64,000 bases of DNA, taken from Corallochytrium limacisporum Hawaii (taxonomy: Eukaryota; Protista; Pluriformea). The position numbers were made by a program, and so were the translations under genes. Of the stretch, positions 11,442 through 22,920 are shown one piece after another (positions within the stretch are counted from its first letter, which is position 1; the number at the start of each line of letters is the position of its first letter). The stretch covers positions 27,753 to 91,752 of the forward strand of contig PDIP01000015.1 of NCBI GenBank assembly GCA_002811645.1. The letters are read 5' to 3'. Under the pieces are notes generated by a model. That model saw nothing but the letters and a program-made list of their open reading frames with translations, did not search any database and was not told the origin of the DNA.

Positions 11442-14400
11442 ATGGCGGCCAGCAGCTTGCAAGCACAGCTGGACCGTCAGGCGGCCCAGGCAGGCCTGAC
11501 ACCGCAGAGCACCAGGCAGACAGATTACCCAAGTCTTCTTTTCGACCAGAAGGAAGCACGCCAGCTGGACCAAGAAACCATTCGTCAGCTTGCCCTCAAT
11601 GGCCTTGACGAAATTCGCTCGTCTGCGGCGAAATATCAGAGCAGTTATGATGGGAATCAGACGGTTGCAGATGTACTAGAGGGTTTGCTAGAAGACCAAT
11701 CGGGCGTGGTTATCGAAGCCATGACTTTGGACGAGGTATCAGATCTGGATCTGCGGATACGTAGTGTTCTACCACTTCTGGGTCGGAGTCTTCTGCAGCG
11801 GGCATCACAGAAAATTATTGAATACCTGTTGCGCCGATATTCCATCCACAAACGGCTGCAGGTGGATGTCATCCACACAGTACTGCCGTATCTACGGACC
11901 CGGGTGTTTGTCCGGCTCATGATTACCCTGCAGTTGGGACAAAAGGAGTGCCCCCACTATGCTTGGCTGGTACCACAGGTTTGCAAACCGAAGACGCCTT
12001 TGAGTATGTCTGTCTTGGCCCAACGTCTCAACAAGGACCCCACCCTGTTTGTCACTATTAGCAAGGCATGCCAGCACCTGATTCGCCAATTCGTGCCCAA
12101 GGAGATTGTTGGTGATGCACGACAGCCCTCCACAGATCTCGGGGAGATGTACGCCAGCTTTCTGACAGTGCTTGGAGCGGACTTTATCGCGGAAGTGGTA
12201 CAAGCACAGGTTACTGCGGGAGCCGGCCTGAAGGGGAAGCGCCAAGAAGCTGCGCTTTTGGTTGCGCAGACTGCAATTGAATGCCTAGAGAACGCCTCGG
12301 ACGTACAGAAAAATTCGGGGGCGCGTTCTATTGCCATCGCTGATGTCTTGCGCTCGATGGCACATACTCTCAGCATTGTATTGGCACAGAAGGTACAAAT
12401 TCCTGCCAAGGCCCTGGTTGAGCTCCTTGGCGCGTTCATGCAACATCACAGGGTGGCAACGACGGGACAGAAGGATTCGGCTGCCCGCGCGAAGGGAACA
12501 CAAATGTTGTACACACTGGTTGTTCTTACTCAGACGCAGGGTGTCCAGGCTCTTCCTGTCCCTTTGATCAGCGACCTCATTCAGACATTTGCAGACGGAT
12601 CCCTGGGAACACAGCTTCAGCAGGCATTTGAACAAAAAGGGGCGGGCGCGGATGCGTTCCTGACTGCCCTGATCAACACAGTGATTGATGAAAGTAGCCA
12701 AACTCTGCAAGGCAGCAATGGCATTGTGCTGACTCCTCACGGGCTGTCAGTCGAGCAGAACAAGCTTTTGGCGTCATCACTGCACACAACATTCGCATCC
12801 GTAGACGTACCGCAAGGCGTTTTGGATCAGCTCGTCCTGAAGGCTATTGGATCCGTAATTGTCTATGGAGAGAAGTCCCAGATTGGAAGTGCAATCTTGA
12901 GCGGTGCACATGTACGGGATCCCATGTATGTCGATGCCGTCATCGCTATGATCACAGATAAGTCACAGAGCAAGATGTCCACCAAATTGTGGACGGTAGC
13001 CAAGGAGGTGGACTCATGGCGCACGGACTTGAAGAGTGAGACTCAAATGCGGCAGAAAATCACAGAGAACTTGGATGCTTTGGTTGCATCAACAGCGAGG
13101 TTCGGAAACGAAGAAGGTGGCTTATTGCAATTATTGACAGAGTCCGAGTCCAACATCAGCACTGACATCAATGTGCACAAACTGACCGGTGCATTACATC
13201 ATCCTTCGGTTGACATGCGCAGAAACGCAGCGGAAACTCTAGTGTCCGTCCTAGAATCTTCTAAGTGTGAACTGGCAGACCGCGTCATGGAATCCTGCCT
13301 CACCTACATTCCGGACCTGTTGATGGACACCTCGGCAGATGTAAGTCGCCAGGGAATTGCCCTGTTTCAGGTGTTGAGGGGAATGAAGGGCTTTGAGGCC
13401 CACAAGACTGAACCCATCTTTACCGCGTTGCTGAGGTACCTTTGGCAAAGCAGTATGAAGACAGATGCAAGTGCTTCACAGGATGTGCAAGCAGCATTGG
13501 TGGTTCTCTACGAAGCGTACGGTCCTGCTGAACACTTGAAGGAAACCGTGGTGTTGTTCATTGCTACCTTGTGCGCACGTCCGTCTTCCATTCTGCTGCA
13601 GAAGAGGAACACATTACTGAAGTCCCTGAAGGCGATCAAAGAGGGGCCCGAATGCTTGGAAATTTTGGTTGCATCTGACCTTCGCGGCCTGGGATCCAAT
13701 TTCAGTGCCTTCCTCCTGGAATCTGGTGATGGCTTTGTAGAGAACATTCTCTCTGCGGGTTCTTCATTGGTCCAGATTGGTATACCCAGTCAGCACATTG
13801 AATCAGCTCTCGCCATGCTGAAGCTCGCGGCGGCCTCTGAACTGAACAAGACACAGGCATCGAAGCTGCTGGCCAATAGTGGAGAGGACAACCGTACGAA
13901 GGGATATGTACCCCTCTGGGATCGTTTGGTGGCACCCCGTATTGGGACAATGCACACTGCTCATGCTAATGCCACTGGACAGGAGACAACTGAAGTGTTG
14001 GGTGATTTCCTGGGTGCCCTTGTCAAGTGCAAGACGCACGCAGAGGTTTATGACGTTATGGCGAAGGAATCACGGGTAGATGGTGCTTTGGAGTGGGATC
14101 TGACGAAGGTATTCTTGGCCTCAAAGGCAGCTTTGATGCTTGTCCTAGCTGTGGATGATACACTAACTTTATGTGATTGTTTGGACAGTCTGCTTGCTTT
14201 CCAGAACAAGACGATTCTCAAGCTGTGCGCCCCTATCGTTGGTACCGATCGCATTGCAACCGGTGGAGATTTCGTGTCGGGACAGATCACGTTGTTGCGT
14301 CTCACTCTACAGCTCAATCGCAATGCGGTGGCTCGGAGCAATGCGCTCCTGTTCCTTGGAGCATCTATTCAGGGTATGGGAAGGGTAGCTATTAAACAAC

Positions 14401-17400
14401 ATGCTACCCACTTGGGTCAAGTTGGACTCTTTGTGGCCCTCAACTGCTGTGATGAGTCCAGGCGCGTACGCGAATCTGCTGTGGAGGCATTGCAAGCTCT
14501 TGCTCGCATAATCGAAGCTGGCGGTCTAGTGGCCACTGACATGAAGGCTAGCAGTAAATCCGCGAAACAAAGCGTTGTACCGGGGGCAGTCGTACCTTTA
14601 CCTGTGCTCAGCGCGCTGTTGGCAACTCTGCATGTTGCTGCTACCGACATAGCGACCGATCCAGCACACATCAGCGAGGCCTTGGCTCGTTACTTCCAGC
14701 AGCAATCCGACGATGATGTGTGTCGCGCTTTACTTAACAGCGTGGTTACGTGCGTAACGTCCCAGAAGCACACGTACGGTGTTCATCAACGCGCACTGCA
14801 ACTTGTTCACGATCTGGATCCAGTGATGCAGCAGCAAATGTTCTTGCCATTCAGCCTGCAAAACGCGAAGTTTCTTATGCGGTCTTTGCAGGGATCCATG
14901 GATAGGGCCTCGCCTGTGGTGAAAAAGTGTGCCAGTCTGTGCGCCAGAATCCTTACACGCTGTGAGGACGGGGCGGCTAGCCTGACGGGTGTGCAGAAAG
15001 GCCAACTCGTTGAAGTTTTTGACCTATTCCTACGTCTGGGCTCAAATAAGACCGACGAGGAAACTCCCCAAGCCATTGTTCTTCGATCCTTTTTGACCAG
15101 GAAAGTTGGGTCAAAAGATGTGGGTATTGATGACGACGACGATGCGATTGAAACTCCCAGTCCACTGTGGACCTCTCTTGATACGTACAAGGATCGTCTT
15201 TACGTGAGGCTATTGACCCTGGGGGGAAACATCAATGCTAATACGTCCCTGTCCATGCAGGAGGTCGCCACCCATACAGCTGCGGTGCTTGCCGTTGCAT
15301 CGCTCGGTGTACTAGAGTTTGTTGGACGCATCCTTCGCGATCACATGGATATGCTCCTTGAGGCCATCAATGTCAAAGACACCGATCATTTGTCATTGGC
15401 TGTGCGTGCTGGTAAGGGTATCTTTGAGAACCTGTCACCAGAGCAGGCCCAGTCGGACGAGACTATCACCGAGGGAACTTTCGCCAAGCGGAATTTGGAA
15501 GTCGTAAACACTATTCTGATGATCTGCGCAAAAGCAGACTTTGCTGACTTTATGGAGCTATTGCAGGGAGAGGGTGCCACTGGTGGTCTCGCACTGTTGA
15601 AGGATACTAAACGCAAAGGTGGCAGTGCTAAGAAGGCAGGTGCGGCGTCCGATGATCTCGGTTCTCTGGCCACCTCCTTGCAGAACATGATTTCCAACAT
15701 TTCATCAGCAATTCAAGGCCTGCTTGGTATGGAAGGTGTGGAAAGGAAGAAAACATCGAGAAAACAGCCTGTGACTACACCAAGTGGCTCTGTGGAGATC
15801 TCCGTCGATGCTTTGGAGTACACACAACAAAATATTATGATTGCGCTGCAAAGAGTTTGGGACCGAGTCTTGGCATGGAGGGACTCGTCGGCGACGACTC
15901 TGGACCTGGACAGTATTCCTGTGTTTAGTGCTATGCGTGCTGATGTGGCAGTGACTTGTCTGCGGATTTCTCGCAACCCCGCTACCCAGCATCAGGCTCT
16001 GAATGTGCTCAACACAATGGCGCGCCTGCAACCCCACAGGGTGGTTCATGAAGTGATGCCTATCTTCACTTTCATGTCTACGTCAACTATTCGGCATGAC
16101 GACAACTACACCTTTAAGCTGATCAAGGATACCATTTGCAGTATCATTCCTGCCATCATGTCGGGCGGGGAGTCATCTGCGGAGGAGAACACGGAGCGGG
16201 CCGTGAAGCAACTGCATTTTGACATCATCAAGGTCTTCGTCGACGCTTGGAAGCACATTCCGGCCCATCGTCGCCATGATCTGTACAGTGAGGTGGTGGC
16301 TACTATGGGTGCAGCAGACTACCTACATGTCATGATTGCCATGCTCCTGCGACGTGCGGATACCATCCAAATGCGCAAGGGACTTTCATCATCTAGTGAA
16401 GCCGAGGCGGATGGTGATGACTACAGTACGTTTGCCCACTTGCTCATGCATGACTACAACGCGGCTACCCAGCTCCAGGCTACATACAAATTGCTGCTGG
16501 TGCCTTGGATTGCGCCTTCTGTGGTGCGATTGCCTGAGGATGGCGATATGTACAGTGATGACGATGACAACGACGAGGACCGCTTAGGAGGCAACCTGCA
16601 TCCCGATGACTTGCTTCTCTCCAATATGGCTATTGGTGACGGCAAGCGCGGTACTTCCATGAAGACTATGCTGCGGAAGACTAATATTGTCCTTTTCGCT
16701 ATTCGTCGCCTTGATCGTGCCGACTTACTTGAGGGCATTGTGACCCTCGAACGAAGTGGGGGTCAAGACGCCCTTGAAGCGTTGCAAGTGGAATACCTGC
16801 GCCTTCTTGAGGCATGCCTGCTTTTGCAGGCATCTTTGCAGGGACTGACTTCGGGTGACACCACGGGAAGTCTGGCCAGCCGGATCCTCCATACCCGCGC
16901 AGACCATGCAGAGTGCCTGAAGGGATACAAGCGTCTGGGTCGTTGGGTGCTGGAACTGATGGACCGCGTCAATGGTCTCATGGCCTTCACGACAGTAGTG
17001 TCTGTTGTGGACCGCTTGGTGCGTCACAGTGACGCAGTGATTCGTCGCAAAGCTCTGTTGCTGCTTAACAGGCGTATCGAAGCATCTAAGGGGCAGCTCA
17101 CAAAAACAGAGATCGAGTCATTGCTGTCATTCTTCCCTAGTATTCTATACATTATCAGTGCTGGGCGTTTGAATGCCGAGGACGATGGAGAAAGCGAAGA
17201 CGAGGAAGATAGTGAACCGGAGACTGTCATAAACCGCCAGGTCGCGGTTCTTGTGTGCGAAAACATGGCACGCTTTCTGGCGAAGAAGTATCCCCAGGAC
17301 TTTGATCGCGGCATGGCCCTGCTCCTGGAAGACAAGGTGCTCCGCACCGGCAATCTGCAGCTGACCGCAAGTGTTTTGTGCGCCATTGGCACCGGTCTAC

Positions 17401-19010
17401 GCGAACTTGGCGGTGTTGCCATTATATACGTGAATCCGGCCCTCGATGCCGCACTGACATTTATGGACGCCAAGTTTGACTCGGTTCATTGTGCCGGTGA
17501 TAAGCACAAAGAGCAAACACAGAAGAAGGCACGATACTCTAGTGCCATTCCTGCCACAAGCAACAGCCATGATCTCACCATGCTGGCCACCGCTGCCATG
17601 ACTTGTCTGCGCAACATCATCGCCAGTGGTAGTAAGATGCTGGGGACTGCTCTGCCCCGCATTATTGCGGTGGTGACTGACAGTTGTCTCAATGCGGAGG
17701 CCGATTTACTCTCCGCCTCCAATGCCGACGAAAAGGGACTCATTCAGCGTGGCCAGGGATTGCGTGATCTCTTGGTCTCCACAGTGCCTATTCGTCAGTT
17801 GTTGCCCGCACTGAGATCCTGCGTGCAGTCAACCGTCGACGCGACTTATGTTGATATTGAATACGATAACAGCGAGCGGACACTGGATGCACACTACCTG
17901 CACCGCGATTTGGGCCTAGTGATGCGCATGCTTGCTTCCATTGTGAACACACGCCTGAAGGTGAAGGAGGTTCTCGATGCGGAGAGTGACCTGCTTGGAA
18001 TGGTATCTAGTGTCCTAGAAACGGAGATTACCATGTTGGTCGTGGCCCAGTACTATGAGTCTGCTGCACGCATTGAGCGTGCTGCCATCGATGCCCTGCT
18101 CGAGATCACCTTGAAGCAGAACAATACTTCCTTCAAGCCGTTCTTCCAAGCCTTCCTAGATTGGGGCTACAATGCCGAAGTCACGGCCAGCGAAGACGAT
18201 GAATATGAGCCCAGGATCCTTCTTGCACGCCGGCGAGTGACTCACAGGGCGCTGGAAGATCTTTCCCAGCGTCTGACCTTCCTGTTCACACAGTATTTTG
18301 CCCTGGCTTGGGACGAGCTCTGCAACGACCTCGAATTTGGGGCAGACATTGACCTTGAAGATTTGGATAGTATCGTGCCCGTGCAGAAGGGGAGAAAGCC
18401 ATCCAAGAAAGAGTCCGCTAAGGGTAAGAAACGTTCCCTGGATGATGTATTTGCAGAAGTGGAAGATGACGACGTTCAAGAACAACGTCAGGCTATGGAG
18501 CATCGCAATTCTCAGCTGATCATGCTGCGTCAACAGGTAATTGCCACGTTGCGCAGCTGTTTCGAGCACAACGGAACTGGAGCGGGCGTGAATGTGTTGT
18601 CCAAGGACCGCTTCCGCGCGGTGCTAAATCCACTGATGATGCACCTGGACCGTCAACAGTGCGATGGCTCGAATGCGGAGATGGCATTGCGCCTCGAAGA
18701 CGAAGTCGTGCCAACTGTCGTGAACTTGCTGGCGGGCTGTCACGATGATCAGCGGCGGCAGGAAGCCACTCAGGCCTACCTTATGAAATTGCGCAGTAGT
18801 AGCACTCAGACAAGGGTAGCTGCCCTGCACATCCTGCAACGCGCTTACGGTGCCATTGGCCAGGAGTACCTAAACCATCTGCCAGAAACGATTCCTTTCA
18901 TTGCGGAGATTCTTGAAGATGACGATCCCGAGGTCGAACAGGCCGCACAAGAAGCTGTGGCCACTGTCGAAGAGTACCTGGGGGAGAGCCTGAAGAAGTA
19001 CCTCCTCTAG
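11442..19010 (+). CDS. UTP10: HEAT-repeat SSU processome protein UTP10/HEATR1
   Basis: N-terminus SSLQAQL...PSLLFDQKEA...IIEYLLRRYSIH; central VMPIFTFMSTSTIRHDDNYTF and HIPAHRR; C-terminus LPETIPFIAEILEDDDPEVE...LGESLKKYL. 2522 aa uninterrupted. Confidence 0.96.
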   Translation: MAASSLQAQLDRQAAQAGLTPQSTRQTDYPSLLFDQKEARQLDQETIRQLALNGLDEIRSSAAKYQSSYDGNQTVADVLEGLLEDQSGVVIEAMTLDEVSDLDLRIRSVLPLLGRSLLQRASQKIIEYLLRRYSIHKRLQVDVIHTVLPYLRTRVFVRLMITLQLGQKECPHYAWLVPQVCKPKTPLSMSVLAQRLNKDPTLFVTISKACQHLIRQFVPKEIVGDARQPSTDLGEMYASFLTVLGADFIAEVVQAQVTAGAGLKGKRQEAALLVAQTAIECLENASDVQKNSGARSIAIADVLRSMAHTLSIVLAQKVQIPAKALVELLGAFMQHHRVATTGQKDSAARAKGTQMLYTLVVLTQTQGVQALPVPLISDLIQTFADGSLGTQLQQAFEQKGAGADAFLTALINTVIDESSQTLQGSNGIVLTPHGLSVEQNKLLASSLHTTFASVDVPQGVLDQLVLKAIGSVIVYGEKSQIGSAILSGAHVRDPMYVDAVIAMITDKSQSKMSTKLWTVAKEVDSWRTDLKSETQMRQKITENLDALVASTARFGNEEGGLLQLLTESESNISTDINVHKLTGALHHPSVDMRRNAAETLVSVLESSKCELADRVMESCLTYIPDLLMDTSADVSRQGIALFQVLRGMKGFEAHKTEPIFTALLRYLWQSSMKTDASASQDVQAALVVLYEAYGPAEHLKETVVLFIATLCARPSSILLQKRNTLLKSLKAIKEGPECLEILVASDLRGLGSNFSAFLLESGDGFVENILSAGSSLVQIGIPSQHIESALAMLKLAAASELNKTQASKLLANSGEDNRTKGYVPLWDRLVAPRIGTMHTAHANATGQETTEVLGDFLGALVKCKTHAEVYDVMAKESRVDGALEWDLTKVFLASKAALMLVLAVDDTLTLCDCLDSLLAFQNKTILKLCAPIVGTDRIATGGDFVSGQITLLRLTLQLNRNAVARSNALLFLGASIQGMGRVAIKQHATHLGQVGLFVALNCCDESRRVRESAVEALQALARIIEAGGLVATDMKASSKSAKQSVVPGAVVPLPVLSALLATLHVAATDIATDPAHISEALARYFQQQSDDDVCRALLNSVVTCVTSQKHTYGVHQRALQLVHDLDPVMQQQMFLPFSLQNAKFLMRSLQGSMDRASPVVKKCASLCARILTRCEDGAASLTGVQKGQLVEVFDLFLRLGSNKTDEETPQAIVLRSFLTRKVGSKDVGIDDDDDAIETPSPLWTSLDTYKDRLYVRLLTLGGNINANTSLSMQEVATHTAAVLAVASLGVLEFVGRILRDHMDMLLEAINVKDTDHLSLAVRAGKGIFENLSPEQAQSDETITEGTFAKRNLEVVNTILMICAKADFADFMELLQGEGATGGLALLKDTKRKGGSAKKAGAASDDLGSLATSLQNMISNISSAIQGLLGMEGVERKKTSRKQPVTTPSGSVEISVDALEYTQQNIMIALQRVWDRVLAWRDSSATTLDLDSIPVFSAMRADVAVTCLRISRNPATQHQALNVLNTMARLQPHRVVHEVMPIFTFMSTSTIRHDDNYTFKLIKDTICSIIPAIMSGGESSAEENTERAVKQLHFDIIKVFVDAWKHIPAHRRHDLYSEVVATMGAADYLHVMIAMLLRRADTIQMRKGLSSSSEAEADGDDYSTFAHLLMHDYNAATQLQATYKLLLVPWIAPSVVRLPEDGDMYSDDDDNDEDRLGGNLHPDDLLLSNMAIGDGKRGTSMKTMLRKTNIVLFAIRRLDRADLLEGIVTLERSGGQDALEALQVEYLRLLEACLLLQASLQGLTSGDTTGSLASRILHTRADHAECLKGYKRLGRWVLELMDRVNGLMAFTTVVSVVDRLVRHSDAVIRRKALLLLNRRIEASKGQLTKTEIESLLSFFPSILYIISAGRLNAEDDGESEDEEDSEPETVINRQVAVLVCENMARFLAKKYPQDFDRGMALLLEDKVLRTGNLQLTASVLCAIGTGLRELGGVAIIYVNPALDAALTFMDAKFDSVHCAGDKHKEQTQKKARYSSAIPATSNSHDLTMLATAAMTCLRNIIASGSKMLGTALPRIIAVVTDSCLNAEADLLSASNADEKGLIQRGQGLRDLLVSTVPIRQLLPALRSCVQSTVDATYVDIEYDNSERTLDAHYLHRDLGLVMRMLASIVNTRLKVKEVLDAESDLLGMVSSVLETEITMLVVAQYYESAARIERAAIDALLEITLKQNNTSFKPFFQAFLDWGYNAEVTASEDDEYEPRILLARRRVTHRALEDLSQRLTFLFTQYFALAWDELCNDLEFGADIDLEDLDSIVPVQKGRKPSKKESAKGKKRSLDDVFAEVEDDDVQEQRQAMEHRNSQLIMLRQQVIATLRSCFEHNGTGAGVNVLSKDRFRAVLNPLMMHLDRQQCDGSNAEMALRLEDEVVPTVVNLLAGCHDDQRRQEATQAYLMKLRSSSTQTRVAALHILQRAYGAIGQEYLNHLPETIPFIAEILEDDDPEVEQAAQEAVATVEEYLGESLKKYLL

Positions 19011-19103
19011 AAATGATTGAATTGTTCTCAAACTAGATGCCACTGGATTTGAAATCATAGTAAAGAATAGAAACAGAAGTCTGTATAGATACATCAAAAC
19101 GGT

Positions 19104-19835
19104 TTACGATGAGGTCTCCGAGGCTGGATGGCCACCGGCCTTTGTGAAGTCGATGGTAATAGTCTCACGTGATGGCACGTATTGTTGGTATGAAACTCCT
19201 GCAAGGTCCATCAGGTGCCGACTGGCCCGAAAGGCTGGAACTTGATGGTACTTGTCACTGAGGTAGAATATCTTGGTGATACCAGACTGAATGATTAACT
19301 TGGCACATTCGTTGCACGGAAACATGGCCACGTACATGTGACAGCCCTTGACCTCAGCTGCATTCTTGTTTAGGATGGCGTTCATTTCCGCATGGCACAC
19401 GTACGGGTACTTGGTCTCCAAAACATTGTCGCTTGAGGACTCGCGAGCCCAAGGGAGGTTGTCATCGTCGCATCCGTTGGGCATACCATTATAGCCGATG
19501 CCGACAATTCGGTGTTCCGGTGTAACAATGCATGCTCCAACCTGTGTACTAGGATCCTTTGAACGCATAGCACTAAGGAAGGCCACTCCCATGAAGTAGT
19601 CAGCCCATGACAAGTAATCTGTACGCTTACGAACCCGACCGATTGCCTCCGCAGAAGGATGGACATTGATGTCGTCTGTGATGTCAGACTTGATACTTGC
19701 CTTAGCGGAAGGGGTAGTGACCTTCAATTTCTTTCTGGCTGCTTCCTGATGTTCCATATTTGATGTCCTCTTTTGGCTCCCAATGCGTGTCCCAGGATCT
19801 GCACTGTCGTCCACTGAAACTGCTCCCGGAGTCAT
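19104..19835 (-). CDS. DCTD: dCMP deaminase
   Basis: [26 protein letters not shown], zinc motifs HAEMNA and FPCNEC. First ATG at 19835. Confidence 0.95.
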   Translation of the reverse strand: MTPGAVSVDDSADPGTRIGSQKRTSNMEHQEAARKKLKVTTPSAKASIKSDITDDINVHPSAEAIGRVRKRTDYLSWADYFMGVAFLSAMRSKDPSTQVGACIVTPEHRIVGIGYNGMPNGCDDDNLPWARESSSDNVLETKYPYVCHAEMNAILNKNAAEVKGCHMYVAMFPCNECAKLIIQSGITKIFYLSDKYHQVPAFRASRHLMDLAGVSYQQYVPSRETITIDFTKAGGHPASETSS

Positions 19836-19991
19836 GACTCTGCTTGTACAGACAGCTGTATCTCCCAAATGTTCATTAAGGTTGTTTGACCACTGATGAT
19901 GTGCTCTTGAATCCCCTGGGTCAAGTACCCTCTCTGAGGAGGTCCAAACAGGCCCCTTTCACTCTCCCGAGCCGGCCACCCACCTCCCCTT

Positions 19992-20042
19992 CCACACCCC
20001 CCGGGGGGGTGTGGGGGAGCGGGGCAGCCGAAACTTTCGCGC
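19992..20042. promoter_or_regulatory. DCTD upstream region: palindrome CCACA-C6-G7-TGTGG and E2F-like site TTTCGCGC
   Basis: Near-perfect inverted repeat at 19992-20014. TTTCGCGC at 20035-20042 matches the E2F consensus TTTSSCGC. Confidence 0.45.
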
Positions 20043-20363
20043 CTGAATGCTAGTGAGACCCAGGAACGGGTTCTGAGAATGAAAGGAGGTGAGATCCATC
20101 TACCAAACTAGACTTTTAGCTCGGAGTTCTAAATTCTGTAATGTTATGGGTTTCATGGTGAGATGAATGTCTTGATGATGGAAAAGAAAATGGATTGTGA
20201 TTTGGTTGGGTTTCAAGACATGATTACTGGGGGTGAATTGTTGTCATCATGCGAGATCGATATGGTACTGTTCGGGTCGGAATGAGGGCCTTGCCCCATG
20301 CTCCCCAATGTTCAATGTTACAGTTTGGTGTTCTGTGATATTCTTTTGAAAGGTAATTGCCCA

Positions 20364-21308
20364 TTATGCATCAGTGGTCACGCCTTTGCTGACACCGTTG
20401 GCGTACTGGAAGTCACCGCTCTTCTCATGCTCAGTAATGTCTAGAGCCACTAGGCAGCTCTCCTTGACCACCTGCTCACTGTCGTCGATGTATTTGCGCA
20501 GCACATCCTCAGCCTCCTTTGTGGCAACGGAGCCTAGGGCCTCTGCAGCTTCGTGGCGGACCATACCGTGCTCCTCACTGTTTTCCAAAACCTTTGAAAG
20601 GCCGCTGACACTGGCAGGGTGTTGCATCTGTCCCAAAACATACGCGACCTCATGTCTGAAAAGGGCCGAAGATGCCTTCAGCATACCCTCCACCAGAGCA
20701 TGCACATCGTCCTCCTGTCCCCGATTACGCAATTCGAACATGCTTCGGTAGCGCTCAAAGAGAGACTTACTCTCATCGCACAGTAAGTCCTTCAGTTCTG
20801 CGGTAGTCATAGTCTTCTGAGCAACTGTGGGAGGCGCGGGGTCGACGCTGGAGTAGGGATTCTGGCTCAACTTGTCATCTTCCTGTACTTTCCCTTCCTT
20901 AAGCCAGCGCAGACGATCTAATGCAATCTCCACAGTTTCACTAACCTCAACTCTGGGATCTCCCTTGAAACGCACCAGAATTTCTTCGCATCCGTCGCTA
21001 GCAATGGCACCTAGTGCTTCTGCCGCTTCGTGACGGACCATGGGGTCCTGCGTCATATCCGCTAATACAATTTCTAGACAAGGAACAGCCTCAGGATCTT
21101 GCATCTGTCCTAAACAGTACGCCAGTTCGTGCTTAAGCAAAGCGCTCTCGTCACCAAAGACGGCTGCAATGGCATCAATAGCGCCCTTTCCGCCAATGTT
21201 CTTCAGAGTGAAAAGTGCCCGAAAGCGATCATTCAGAGGAGCCTTGGCATCAGCTAGGGTCTTGCCCAGGGCAGGAATAGCAGCCTGTAGTTCATCGTTG
21301 GCAACCAT
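20364..21308 (-). CDS. DOHH: Deoxyhypusine hydroxylase
   Basis: Four HE iron-binding motifs (LKHELAYCLGQ, VRHEAAEALG, FRHEVAYVLGQ, VRHEAAEALG) in HEAT-like repeats, plus SVDPAPP. Confidence 0.97.
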   Translation of the reverse strand: MVANDELQAAIPALGKTLADAKAPLNDRFRALFTLKNIGGKGAIDAIAAVFGDESALLKHELAYCLGQMQDPEAVPCLEIVLADMTQDPMVRHEAAEALGAIASDGCEEILVRFKGDPRVEVSETVEIALDRLRWLKEGKVQEDDKLSQNPYSSVDPAPPTVAQKTMTTAELKDLLCDESKSLFERYRSMFELRNRGQEDDVHALVEGMLKASSALFRHEVAYVLGQMQHPASVSGLSKVLENSEEHGMVRHEAAEALGSVATKEAEDVLRKYIDDSEQVVKESCLVALDITEHEKSGDFQYANGVSKGVTTDA

Positions 21309-22202
21309 TGTATGCTTCTTATTTCAGCTCCGCTACTAAAAACTACAATAGTCCGAACAAGACTTCAACTGTATGCCTCACGCCACGATGCCTAAATGGT
21401 AGATCTGCGTTTCAAATACCGTAGTACAATTTTGAGTTTTGTGTCAATTGAATGGTTGTGAAACTTCCTACAGTCTTTCTTCTCTCTTCTATTCGCTGCT
21501 GCCACTCTCGACGCTTTCTACTGCCCATGCCAAACCAATCCGACATGACAGCTGGCATATAGGTGCCCAAAGGCGGGTTTCTCGACTCACCATCTGCGCG
21601 AGGTTCTGAAAGTACCGCACGGAACGATCCGCTCCCTCGGCAGGGGGGATTTAGCCTCACCCTCCGACACACTCTCACATGGGCTCGTTCTTGCGCTCTA
21701 AGTGAGGAGGGGGCCTAATTTCCCCTCATTCCCGGTCCCTCCAGTCCCCCCTTCCCCCGGATAAAACACACAAAATTCCAAAAACACACACAAATGCGGA
21801 ACTCAAATGGAGCGATAAAATCGGAAAAAATGGAAACAATGTGACCCATGGCGAATAGTCCTCGGTGGGCTTCTTTTTGGGGAAACCAGGTGTGTCGTTG
21901 AGTTCAGTACTTTGAGTACTAGAAAACCGCAGATGTATGGTCTAGTATTGAAAGTACAGTTACACGGGGATTTTAGTACATTTATTATGGACAGGGCAGG
22001 CCATACGGCCAATACATTAGCTGGAGCAGCGTACTCGTAGTCCACTGGCTTGTACAGACATCGCGTACCGTGGGCCTAAACGTATAGGGGTGGACTGCAA
22101 TGTATTCTGAGGCAGTCAACTTCTGCCGCATATATCTCATATAATGTAGAGAGGCACACCGTGTGGAGGATGCTACTATGTCATTGCTCAATTTCATTAT
22201 TG

Positions 22203-22208
22203 TATAAA
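22203..22208 (+). promoter_or_regulatory. Candidate TATA box of RPS8
   Basis: TATAAA about 100 nt upstream of the ATG. The SOUL gene has a similar TATATAA on the minus strand at 24193-24199. Confidence 0.3.
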
Positions 22209-22302
22209 CAGCTACAAAGCAGATTGCTATTTGAAAGACTAATTAGTCATTGAGCCGAGGTTAAGAGATTCTTCGGGTAATAATCTTCATCCAATAGTAA
22301 TC

Positions 22303-22920
22303 ATGAGTGTCTCTCGCGATAGCGTTCACAAGCGCCGTAAGACCGGAGGACGCCAGGTGGCTCTCCGCAAGAAGCGTCTGTTCGAGTCTGCTCGTCAGGC
22401 GGCCAGCACTAAGATCGGTGAGAAGCGCGTGCGTCTGGTTCGTACCCGCGGTGGTAACCGCAAGTACCGCGCTCTCCGTCTGGAAACGGGTAACTTCAGC
22501 TGGGCCAGCGAGGGTGTCGCCCGCAAGAGCCGTATCATCGGTGTGGTCTACAATGCAACCAACAACGAGTTGGTGCGTACCAACACTTTGGTGAAGAACG
22601 CTATCATCCAGATTGATGCCACCCCTTTCAAGCAGTGGTACGAATCCTACTACGGTCTGCCCCTGGGTCGCAAGAAAAACGCTGTGATCGAGGACGATCC
22701 ACTGGAGAAGAAGGTTAGCAAGCACGTCGCTGCTAAGCGCAAGTCTCGTCAGGCCAACGCCAAGGTTGACCCCCATGTTGCCGACCAATTCACCGCTGGT
22801 CGTGTCTACGCTTGCATCTCCTCTCGCCCGGGACAGAGCGGTCGTTGTGACGGCTACATCCTGGAAGGCCGCGAGCTGGACTTCTACCTCAGGAAGATGC
22901 GCACCAAGAAGGGCAAATAA
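22303..22920 (+). CDS. RPS8: 40S ribosomal protein S8 (eS8)
   Basis: [51 protein letters not shown]. Strong C-ending codon bias. Confidence 0.98.
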   Translation: MSVSRDSVHKRRKTGGRQVALRKKRLFESARQAASTKIGEKRVRLVRTRGGNRKYRALRLETGNFSWASEGVARKSRIIGVVYNATNNELVRTNTLVKNAIIQIDATPFKQWYESYYGLPLGRKKNAVIEDDPLEKKVSKHVAAKRKSRQANAKVDPHVADQFTAGRVYACISSRPGQSGRCDGYILEGRELDFYLRKMRTKKGK

